Assembly: GCA_943787795.1 (NCBI GenBank)
Contig: CALSNU010000001.1
Location: 896,001 to 960,000, forward strand
DNA: 64,000 bases
Source: an uncultured bacterium
GTDB lineage: Bacteria; Planctomycetota; UBA1135; GCA-002686595
Direction: 5' to 3'
In this document: piece after piece, positions 1-8,056 of the stretch
How positions within the stretch are numbered: the stretch's first letter is position 1
Layout of the letters: each line of letters opens with the position of its first letter
The notes under the pieces: generated by a model
Seen by the model: only the letters and a program-made list of their open reading frames with translations
Databases searched by the model: none
What the model was told of the DNA's origin: nothing
Position numbers and translations under genes: made by a program

Positions 1-495
1 TCTCCTGGGGGCTCTCCTGGGGGCTCCCCGGAAGGCGCGGCCGAGAATGAGGCCAAGAAGGGCGGTGCTTGGGGGAGCCTGGTCGCCGCCGGGCCGGTCT
101 CCGCGGGCGGGGACAGCGCGCCGGTGCTCCTGACGAACGACTCCAGGGTCCTGGTCACCGGGTGGGTCGCGCGTCCCACGAGGCTGACGATCGGGCTGAC
201 GCTGGCCCAAGCGGACCGCAGGTACGCTGGCAAGGTGAGCTTCACCTCCGACGTCTTGCCTGGCGGCGCCTTCTTCGAGCTGGATCTGCTCGGCGCGGAC
301 TTCGCGCCCCTCGCGCGGTCCAAGGGCGGACTCCGTGCCAGGGACAAGGGGCCATCCACCGTCGCTGGCGGCACCTTCAGGGGCCAAGCTTCAGGGAGCA
401 TCATCGAGGACTGGTGGTGCGTCGGTCACGCCCTCGAGTCCGGCCTGAAGATCCGCCAGGTGGAGATTCAGCCCGGCGAAAGTACGACCCGGTGA
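1..495 (+). CDS. Hypothetical protein, 5'-truncated by window edge
   Basis: Frame of ORF 124..495 is open from base 1 (SPGGSPGGSPEGAAENEAKKGGAWGSLV...). GC3-rich codons, stop at 493-495. Confidence 0.6.
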   Translation, partial: SPGGSPGGSPEGAAENEAKKGGAWGSLVAAGPVSAGGDSAPVLLTNDSRVLVTGWVARPTRLTIGLTLAQADRRYAGKVSFTSDVLPGGAFFELDLLGADFAPLARSKGGLRARDKGPSTVAGGTFRGQASGSIIEDWWCVGHALESGLKIRQVEIQPGESTTR

Positions 496-519
496 AAGTG
501 CGACCCGGTGAAGGTACAG
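472..519. repeat. 16-bp tandem repeat x3 overlapping the stop codon
   Basis: cccggcgaaagtacga / cccggtgaaagtgcga / cccggtgaaggtacag. Confidence 0.8.
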
Positions 520-655
520 CCCGTGCCGATCCAACCTGGCTCAGTCCAGCCCGATCCCGTCCATCCCAGCTCACCCGCCAACCGTCCGATCTCGCCACCA
601 TCTGCTGACTTCTCCTGACCTCCTTGAGCCGACCTCTTGGCCCATCGACCACACC

Positions 656-1351
656 ATGAAACTCCCCATCCTCCTGTCTGCCGCCGCGCTCACCATCAGT
701 GGGCTCGCCCTTCTCACCAACCTCAACTCCAGCCCCGAAGGGGCCCGCGTTGAGCCCACCGTCAAGAACGACACGGGGCTCAACCAGGTCAGGGATGAGA
801 TCGCGGCGCTGCGCGGCGAGCTGAATGACCTGTCTGGACGCCTTGAGGTGCTGGCGAGTCGCCCGGTCGCGCCGTCTCGGATACCCGCAGGCGACCTCGT
901 GGAGCAGTCGGACATCGACGCGCTCAGGGCCGAGCTCCTGGCGGAGCTCACGACGAGCGGGTCGAGCCCCGGAGGCAAGGCTGCAGCCGCCGAGGGTCTC
1001 AAGAACGACGTCGCGGCGGCCCTTGAGGAGGTCCGCGCCGCCGAGCGGGCGGCCAGGGCCGAGGCCAAGGGAGCCGCGGCCACGGCGAAGCTCGACACCC
1101 AGATGCCGGAGTACCAGCAGCAGCTCGGCCTCACGAACGCCCAGACGGATGGGCTCCGGGGCGTGATCGAGGCCCGCAACGAGCGGGTCGCGGAGATGAT
1201 GCGGCTGTGGGAGTCGGGCGACCGCGCGGCCGCGGGCGAGCTCAAGGGCAACGAGGCCGAGACGTATCAGGCCGAGCTGCAGGGCGTGCTCAACCAGCAG
1301 CAGGTCGAGCAGTTCAACGCCATGGGCGGCGGTCGCCGCGGCGGTAAGTAG
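656..1351 (+). CDS. Exported helical/coiled-coil protein with LTxxQ-like motifs (Spy/CpxP-like, tentative)
   Basis: N-terminal hydrophobic signal/anchor, coiled-coil segment, C-terminal LGLTNAQ...VLNQQQ motifs. Confidence 0.6.
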   Translation: MKLPILLSAAALTISGLALLTNLNSSPEGARVEPTVKNDTGLNQVRDEIAALRGELNDLSGRLEVLASRPVAPSRIPAGDLVEQSDIDALRAELLAELTTSGSSPGGKAAAAEGLKNDVAAALEEVRAAERAARAEAKGAAATAKLDTQMPEYQQQLGLTNAQTDGLRGVIEARNERVAEMMRLWESGDRAAAGELKGNEAETYQAELQGVLNQQQVEQFNAMGGGRRGGK

Positions 1352-1381
1352 GGAGGCGAGGCCAAGGGAGGGGCGGTGCCC

Positions 1382-1387
1382 TATGGT
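1382..1387 (+). promoter_or_regulatory. Putative -10 box (TATGGT), leaderless-type
   Basis: TANNNT 6 nt upstream of ATG 1394, no Shine-Dalgarno. Same geometry recurs at several genes. Confidence 0.55.
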
Positions 1388-1393
1388 GGGCCC

Positions 1394-2377
1394 ATGACCC
1401 CCAAGCTCGCCGCCCTGCTCCTCGCCCTCGCCGGATCGCCGCTGCTCCTCTCCCTCCACGGGCCCGCGGCCCCGGCGCCGGATCCTCAGGAGGGGCGGCA
1501 GAAGCTCCACGTCTTCCTGCTCGCGGGGCAGTCCAACATGGAGGGCCAGGCCGTGGTCGATCTCGATCACGAGGAGCACTACAACGGCGGCCGAGGCACC
1601 CTCGCCAAGCTCCTGGAGGCCCCCGAGTTCAAGGAGCGCTGGGGCTGGGTCCGAGGGGATGACGGGGCCTGGAGCGAGCGCAGTGACGTCGGGGTCTGGT
1701 ATCGCACCCCCCACGAGGAGAAGAAGGGGCCGCTGTCCATCGGCTACGCCGTCTACGGCGGGCGCCATCACTTCGGGCCGGAGCTCGCGCTCGGCAAGGT
1801 GCTGGGGGATCGGTTCGAGGGACCCGTGCTCCTGGTCAAGGCGTGCTGGGGCGGGAAGAGCCTGCACGTGGACTTCCGTCCGCCGTCCGCCGGCGGGGAG
1901 GTGGGGCCCTACTACGAGCGCATCTTCGAGGAGCTCGATGCGGCGCTCCAAGGCGTCGGCGAGGCCTTCCCCGAGTGGAAGGACCTCGAGCCCCAGCTGG
2001 AGGGGTTGTTCTGGTTCCAGGGTTGGAACGACGGGTGCGATGGCGAGGCCACGCGGGACTACGCGGGCAACCTGGAGCAGCTGGTAGGGGACGTCCGCGA
2101 GCGCCTCGGGGACCGCAAGCTGCCGGTGGTCGTGGGGGAGACCGGCAACATGAACAACCCCGCCCTGCACAAGGCTCAGGCCGCGGGGACGAGAGCCGCG
2201 CGACGGCGAGGGCCGGCGGCCTTCGTGGAGACCCGGGCGTTCCTGCGTGAGGCGAAGGACTCTCCGAACACAGGTCACGGCCATCACTGGTTTGGCAACG
2301 CGGAGAGCTACCTGCTGGTGGGCGATGCCATGGGCGCAGCCATGGTCGAGCTCCTCCCCGGGCCGAGTCGCCGTTGA
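1394..2377 (+). CDS. Sialate O-acetylesterase-family (SASA/DUF303, SGNH) carbohydrate esterase, secreted
   Basis: Signal peptide; motifs VFLLAGQSNMEG, FGPELALG, KACWGGKSL, FWFQGWND, C-terminal HHW. Confidence 0.85.
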   Translation: MTPKLAALLLALAGSPLLLSLHGPAAPAPDPQEGRQKLHVFLLAGQSNMEGQAVVDLDHEEHYNGGRGTLAKLLEAPEFKERWGWVRGDDGAWSERSDVGVWYRTPHEEKKGPLSIGYAVYGGRHHFGPELALGKVLGDRFEGPVLLVKACWGGKSLHVDFRPPSAGGEVGPYYERIFEELDAALQGVGEAFPEWKDLEPQLEGLFWFQGWNDGCDGEATRDYAGNLEQLVGDVRERLGDRKLPVVVGETGNMNNPALHKAQAAGTRAARRRGPAAFVETRAFLREAKDSPNTGHGHHWFGNAESYLLVGDAMGAAMVELLPGPSRR

Positions 2378-2418
2378 CAGGTCCGGCGCTCGGGGCCTGA
2401 TCGAGGTACCCTTCGACC

Positions 2419-2871
2419 ATGGCGGACGGTTTCGAAGGCGATGGGTGGAGCATGCTCGGCCCCGAGGGCTGGGACATGGCCTCCGAGGACGGAGCGGTCA
2501 TGTTCACCTCGGAGGGCGGGGGGTGCCTGCAGATGCAGGGCCACCGCAAGGAGGACGGGGACGTGAACGACGACGACCTTGACGAGGTCGCGAATGACCA
2601 CCTGGAGGCCGGCGCGCCCGTTCGGGACGTACGCCTCGGTGACTTCGTCGGCTTCGAGGTCGACTACGACGCCGGGGAGCTGAGCTGCAGGGAGTGGTTC
2701 CTGCGCAGCGGGCCGGTGCTGCTCTTCGGGACCTTGGTTCGCCCGGTCGAGCGGCGAGGCGCTGAGGATGAGGCCGTGGAGCTGGCCCTGGTCTCGCTGC
2801 GTGTCGACGCCGCGGACGCTGCTCGAGAGGGGGCCCCGCCGAGGCGTCATCGGGCTCGCCGCCGCCGCTGA
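2419..2871 (+). CDS. Hypothetical acidic protein
   Basis: 150-aa ORF with coding-like codon bias; TACCCT box 6 nt upstream of the ATG. Confidence 0.6.
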   Translation: MADGFEGDGWSMLGPEGWDMASEDGAVMFTSEGGGCLQMQGHRKEDGDVNDDDLDEVANDHLEAGAPVRDVRLGDFVGFEVDYDAGELSCREWFLRSGPVLLFGTLVRPVERRGAEDEAVELALVSLRVDAADAAREGAPPRRHRARRRR

Positions 2872-3006
2872 GTGGCGCTGCGTCGCAGTGCTATCCGGCT
2901 TTGTGTCAGATGGTCGCGGGAGGGTCCCGATCTGGATCATCCCCTGCGGGGAAGCCGCATGGCTCGATCCTGGGGGCGGCTGCAGAACGGGGGTACTATT
3001 TGAGGT

Positions 3007-4649
3007 ATGCGCTTCCCCATCGCCTCCATCTCGCTCGCCTTGATCGCTCCCGCTGTCGCCGCGGCGCAGTCACTACCTGCCCCGCCCTTCCCGCCAGAGA
3101 ACCCGATCACAGAGCCCAAGCGTATCCTCGGGAAGGCTCTCTTTTGGGACGAGCAGCTTTCCTCCGATAACACGATCGCCTGCGGAACGTGTCACATCCC
3201 GAGCGCGGGCGGCTCCGATCCGCGCGTGGACATGGGGAGCCGACACCCCGGACTCAACGGTGTCTACGGTGACTCTGACGACCGCTTCGCCTCGGCCGGT
3301 GTTCGGCTCGCGGACGCCAGCGGCAACCTGACGCCTGACGCCTCCTTCGGGTTCTCCCCCCAGGTGACCGGTCGGCGCTCGCCGTCGCCCATCGGCGCCG
3401 CGTTCTTCGACGAGCTCTTCTGGGACGGCCGCGCCACCTCGACGTTCATCAACCCCGAGACCGGTCAGGTCAGCATCCCGAGCGGTGGCGCGCTCGAGTC
3501 CCAGGCGGTGGGCCCGATCCTCTCCTTCGTGGAGATGGCCGATGAGGGCCGCACCTGGGCCGACGTGAGAGCCAAGCTCGAGCAGGTCCAGCCCCTGGCG
3601 CTCGCTGCCAACCTGAACCCCGACCTCGTCGCGGCGCTGGCGGTCGATCCCTCCTATCCAGAGCTGTTCGAGAGCGCCTTCGGGGACCCGGCGATCACCG
3701 CCGAGCGGATCGGCTTCGCGCTCGCCACCTACCAGCGGACGCTGCACCCCGACCAGACCCCCTGGGACCTCTACCAGAGCGGCAGTGCCCGGCTCGCTCA
3801 ACTCCACGGAGCTCCAGCGGCCTCAGCCAGTTCATGTCGGGGAGCCTGCGCTGCTCCCAGTGCCACACCCCGCCCCTCTTCTCGGACGGCACCTACCGCA
3901 ACATCGGCATCCGGGACATCGCGGAGGACAACGGGCGCCAGGGCGTCACGGGGAACTACTCGGACCGCGGCAAGTTCAAGGTGCCCACCCTTCGGAACGC
4001 CGACCTGCGCACGCGCTACTTCCACAACGGTGACCCCAACTGGGCCAACCTGTTCCTGGCGGTCTTCATCTACAACCAGGGCGCGGGCCCGTTCCTCGAC
4101 AACAAGGACCCGCTGGTCAACAACGTGTTCTTCTCGCCGGGCACCGCCTCCACCATCGAGGCGTTCATTCGCGGTGGGCTGACCGACCCCCGCGTGGCGG
4201 CGGAGCTTCCCCCCTTCGACCGCCCGCTGCTGCGGAGCGAGATGGGGCCGGCGGCCACCCTCGTGGGCTCCGGCCGGGCGGGGTCGGGCGGAAGTGAGCC
4301 CCAGATGCTCGCCTTCTCGCCCCCCAAGGTGGGCAACGGTCAGTTCCGCGTGGCGGTGACCGAGGCCCTCGGCGGGGCCCCCGCGATCCTCGCGCTCCGA
4401 GACCAAGCCCCCGGGGCTGGCGGCGGTGGCTCCCTCGGAGGCGTCATCAACCGCTCCCCGAGCCGCCTTGCTTTCCGGACCCAGCTCTCGGGCGTCGGCG
4501 TTGGCCAGGGCTTCGGCACCTGGAACACGGCCATCCCCGCGGACCCGGCCCTGGTTGGGAGTCAGTTCTGGATGCAGTGGAACGTCCGTGACGCCGCCGC
4601 GGTCGGCGGCGTGGCCCGCTCGAAGTGGGCCGAGGTCACCGTCTACTGA
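3007..4649 (+). CDS. Di-heme cytochrome c peroxidase/MauG-family protein with C-terminal extension domain (frameshifted in this sequence)
   Basis: Signal peptide, LGKALFWD, heme motif CGTCH, FWDGRA; second heme motif CSQCH and GKFKVPTLRN...YFHNG lie in ORF 3834..4649. Removing single extra bases near 3784 and 3818 gives continuous YQSGVPGSLNSTELQGLSQFMSGSLRCSQCH. Confidence 0.85.
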
Positions 4650-4721
4650 GCCGGGCTCCGGCGCCGCCAGGGTCGCTCTCTGAGTCGCTCTTGCGGTCGC
4701 CCCCTGGGTCGCCATGACCCG

Positions 4722-4769
4722 TCAACGACAGCGCCCGCGCTCCGAGTGGAGCGCGGGCGCTGTCGTTGA
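4722..4769. terminator. Perfect 22-bp inverted repeat, probable bidirectional terminator
   Basis: tcaacgacagcgcccgcgctcc-gagt-ggagcgcgggcgctgtcgttga between convergent genes. Confidence 0.8.
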
Positions 4770-4791
4770 TGGCGGGCTGGCGCGGCCGACG

Positions 4792-5502
4792 TCAGCCGGC
4801 CGGGTCGATGCCGCACTGGTTCTCGAGGGTGTTCCGCGTCGTGATCCCCAGCTGCGAGCGCGTCGCCAGCATCTTCGCCACGAGGTCCGGCGCCAGCGGC
4901 TCGAGCCCGCCCTTGGCCACGTGGGCGAGCCAGAGGATCTTGGCCGTGTGCTCGAGCATGTCGAGCTTCTTGTAGGCGTCCATCAGGTTCGTGCCCAGGG
5001 TCACCGACCCGTGGTTCTGCATCATCATCACGTCCGAGCAGCGGACGAGGTCGCGGATCGTCTCGGGGAGCTCAGGCGTCCCGGGCGTGCCAAACGGCGC
5101 GGTGGGGATGCCGCCGATGGTCACGATGATCTCGGGGATGATCGGGGTCTGCAGGTCCACGCCGGCGATGGTGAGCGCCACGGCGTGGGGGGGGTGCGCG
5201 TGGCAGATGGCCTTGCAGTCGGGCCGCTCCTGATAGCTGACCAGGTGGATGCCTACCTCGCTGGAGGGCTTGGGCCCGTCGTCGAGGGCGCGGCCGGTCA
5301 TGTCCACGTGGGCGATGTGAACGGGCTCGAGGAAGCCCTTCATGGCGCCGGTGGGCGTGATGAGGATCGTCCCGTCGCTCATCCGGGCGCTGATGTTCCC
5401 ATCGGCGCCCACGATGTAGTTGCGGTCGTAGGAGAGCTTGCCGACGCGGCAGATGCCGGTCCGAAGCCGTGACTCTTCCTCGCTCCAGGTACGGGCGCTC
5501 AT
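4792..5502 (-). CDS. Class II aldolase/adducin family (fuculose/rhamnulose-1-phosphate aldolase-like, BMC-associated)
   Basis: DGNISAR, ITPTG, PSSE, HAHPP, QNHG motifs. ATG 5502 overlaps the upstream BMC-P stop (ATGA). Confidence 0.9.
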   Translation of the reverse strand: MSARTWSEEESRLRTGICRVGKLSYDRNYIVGADGNISARMSDGTILITPTGAMKGFLEPVHIAHVDMTGRALDDGPKPSSEVGIHLVSYQERPDCKAICHAHPPHAVALTIAGVDLQTPIIPEIIVTIGGIPTAPFGTPGTPELPETIRDLVRCSDVMMMQNHGSVTLGTNLMDAYKKLDMLEHTAKILWLAHVAKGGLEPLAPDLVAKMLATRSQLGITTRNTLENQCGIDPAG

Positions 5503-5807
5503 GCCTCGGCTCCGTGGTCGTAGACTCGCTCGCCCCCGAGCTCGACCTCGTCGACGAAGCCGACGATCAGGGTCTTCACTGGCGCGCCAGGCGCCTCGAG
5601 GATCTGTCTTCCGGCGTTGCCCTCGTCGATGACCAGGACGCGATCTCCCACGCCAGCGCCGACGGTATCGATGGCGATTCGCGGCTTCGGCCCGACGGCT
5701 GTACCGTCCGGCCGGACCGGGCGGACCACCAGGAGCTTGCGCCCGCCCAGGGCGGGGACCTGGACGGAGGGTGAGACCACGGTCCCGATGACCTCGGCGA
5801 GGATCAT
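5499..5807 (-). CDS. Bacterial microcompartment vertex protein (BMC-P, EutN/CcmL family)
   Basis: MILAEVIGTVVS...KLLVV...AIDTVGAGVGDRVLV...IVGFVD. Confidence 0.92.
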   Translation of the reverse strand: MILAEVIGTVVSPSVQVPALGGRKLLVVRPVRPDGTAVGPKPRIAIDTVGAGVGDRVLVIDEGNAGRQILEAPGAPVKTLIVGFVDEVELGGERVYDHGAEA

Positions 5808-6193
5808 CGCTGGACCTCTTCTGCCTGGGGGTCGTCAGGCTCTTCCCAGACGGCAGGCTCTTCTCGGACGTCAGGCTCTTCCCGGGCGGCGGGCCGTCCC
5901 AGGGCGTCAAGGGGGAGCTCTTCGCCGTTCACGTCCGCCTGCTCGACGAAGCCCGTGATGGCCACGTCCACCGGGACGAAGGTCTCGTCCGGGAGCGCGA
6001 GGGCCGCCTCGCGCCCGTCGACGTAGTGGACGAGGTCGCCGGGGCCGACCGAGAGGGCGCAGGCCGCCACGAGCTGCTCGCCGGTGGGCCCCCCCGCCTC
6101 GTCGAGCGGCTCCAGGAGCTGGAGCTTCACGTCGTCCATCCCCTCGTAGCGGACGGTGGCGACCAGGCGACCTGTGACTCTGCCGAGGTACAT
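5804..6193 (-). CDS. BMC-P (EutN/CcmL family) with acidic repeat C-terminal tail
   Basis: MYLGRVTGRLVAT...VGPGDLV...GREAA...VPVDVAITGFVE; tail REEPDV-REEPAV-WEEPDD encoded by 18-bp repeats (~5834-5887). Confidence 0.88.
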   Translation of the reverse strand: MYLGRVTGRLVATVRYEGMDDVKLQLLEPLDEAGGPTGEQLVAACALSVGPGDLVHYVDGREAALALPDETFVPVDVAITGFVEQADVNGEELPLDALGRPAAREEPDVREEPAVWEEPDDPQAEEVQR

Positions 6194-6200
6194 GGCGTGC

Positions 6201-6497
6201 TCAGCTGCTCCACTTCTCGTAGACGTTCTCGCCGCCCACGTCCCAGGAGTCGACGATCGCCATGACGACAGCGTCGCAGGGCTTGTCCTTGGTGGTCGTG
6301 GTCTGTCGCGCGGAGGAGCCAGTCGCGTAGAGGACCAGGTCCCCGGTGCCGGCGCCGACCGAGTCCACGGCGACCACGTACTGGTCCTTGGGCTGATTGG
6401 AGTGGTCACGGACCTGGACCACGAGGAGCTTGAAGCTCTCGAGCTGCTCGTCCTTGCGGGACGAGACCACGCTCCCGACAACTTCTCCGATCAACAT
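6201..6497 (-). CDS. BMC-P (EutN/CcmL family)
   Basis: MLIGEVVGSVVSSRK...KLLVV...VAVDSVGAGTGDLVL...GSSAR...DAVVMAIVD. Confidence 0.93.
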   Translation of the reverse strand: MLIGEVVGSVVSSRKDEQLESFKLLVVQVRDHSNQPKDQYVVAVDSVGAGTGDLVLYATGSSARQTTTTKDKPCDAVVMAIVDSWDVGGENVYEKWSS

Positions 6498-6528
6498 CTG
6501 GGTGCACCGATCAACATGGGGAATCCGC

Positions 6529-8001
6529 TCACTTGGGGTCGAGGTAGGTGATGACGGAGTCGCGCGAGAGCGACTCCTCGAGGAAGCGCCGCCGCAGCTC
6601 GCGGTGGACGTGCTGGCTCATGGTCTCCCAGGTGGGCGAGGGCAAGCGCTTGGAGAGCTGAGCCAGGACCACGCCGTTCTCCAGCCGGATCGGGCCGATG
6701 AGGGCCCCGTCGGGGCCGAGCTTGCCGCCTTGACGGTCGAGCTCGGCGAACGTGGCCTCGCGCAGGCCCTCGGGGACGCCGGGCGTTCCGCGGGTGAAGC
6801 GGCCCACGAGGCCGCCCTGCTCCCGCGTTGTGCGGTCCTCGCTGTGGATCTCGATGACCCGCGCGAAGTCCGCGGGTGCCTCGATCGCGGCGAGCATCTC
6901 GGCCATCTCGGCCTCGACCTTCGTGAAGGACGGGCGCAGCGGATCATCCTCGCGAGGGGAGGCGTTGCGGAAGCAGACGCGGACCTCGACCGACTCACCG
7001 AAGAGACCGTCAAAGTAGGCACGCTCTGCGGCGTAGACGGCCTTGAGGCTCTCGCCGTCATGGGCGCGGTCGACGGCCTCGTGGGCCAGGGCGGCGGCCC
7101 GGATCGCAGGGTCGCGCCGGACAGCCTCGATGGAGAGGCCGCGAGCGTCGAGGAGCTGCTCGTACGAGGCCCCCTTGTAGTTGGGGTCTGCCAGAGCCTC
7201 GGCGGAGCGTCGCTCGATCTCGCGGTCCAGAGCGGATTCGAGCCCCTCCGGAGTGACCTCGGGCATACGCGCGCGGACAGCGCGTTCGAGCAGGATCAGG
7301 TAGAGGGCGTTGCGCTTGTCCTTCGCATCGACCTGGTCGCGAAGGTGGGCGCCGAAGTCTTCGCGGGTGATGGTCACATCTCCTGAGACGCAGACGACCC
7401 CATCTGCCCACGGGTGCGCCTCTTCGCTGACGCCACGCTTGCGCAGCGCGGACTCAAGCCACAGCTGCTGCTGATCCGCGGTCAGGGGCGCGTCGTCGGC
7501 GAGGCCGAGGGCCTTGCGGGTGAGCGCCTCGTGGATCATGGCCAGGCGGAGGTACTCGCGGAACTCCTCCGGCGCGATGCCCCGGGCCGCGATGTCGGCG
7601 GCCAAGCCGTCCTCGGCACCGCCCTGCCGGGCCATGGCGTCGAGTTCGTCGAAGCGGGCTCGGAGTGCCTCGTCGGAGACTTCCAGCCCCTCGGCCCGCG
7701 CCATGGCGGCCAGGACCCGGAGCTCGAGGAGTTGCCCCAGGGCCTGCTTGCCGTTGGGGCTCCGTCCGTCCCGCCAGATGAGCACGTCGTCGAGCCGGGC
7801 GAAGGAGACCTCGCCGGCCGCGCCGTGGAGCGCCGCGCCTTCCTCGGCGAGGGGGCCGGCGACCCTTGCGGCGGGTTCATTGGGCCCGGCGGAGGATTCA
7901 CTGGACCCGGCGGCGGCGGGTGCGGCTCCGAGGAGCAGCGCCGCAGCGATAGGCGCCGCGAGGAACAGGACGGGCGAGAGGAGCGCTGAGAATCGGGACA
8001 T
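6529..8001 (-). CDS. Exported PpiC/SurA-type peptidyl-prolyl isomerase/chaperone
   Basis: Signal peptide, two SurA-N-like helical blocks, rotamase-like FARVIEIHSED...QGGLVG...GPIRLENG. Confidence 0.75.
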   Translation of the reverse strand: MSRFSALLSPVLFLAAPIAAALLLGAAPAAAGSSESSAGPNEPAARVAGPLAEEGAALHGAAGEVSFARLDDVLIWRDGRSPNGKQALGQLLELRVLAAMARAEGLEVSDEALRARFDELDAMARQGGAEDGLAADIAARGIAPEEFREYLRLAMIHEALTRKALGLADDAPLTADQQQLWLESALRKRGVSEEAHPWADGVVCVSGDVTITREDFGAHLRDQVDAKDKRNALYLILLERAVRARMPEVTPEGLESALDREIERRSAEALADPNYKGASYEQLLDARGLSIEAVRRDPAIRAAALAHEAVDRAHDGESLKAVYAAERAYFDGLFGESVEVRVCFRNASPREDDPLRPSFTKVEAEMAEMLAAIEAPADFARVIEIHSEDRTTREQGGLVGRFTRGTPGVPEGLREATFAELDRQGGKLGPDGALIGPIRLENGVVLAQLSKRLPSPTWETMSQHVHRELRRRFLEESLSRDSVITYLDPK

Positions 8002-8056
8002 GACGCCTGAGAGCATAAGGCCCAGGCCCGTGCCTCGCCGCACCCGGTCGGCGCAC

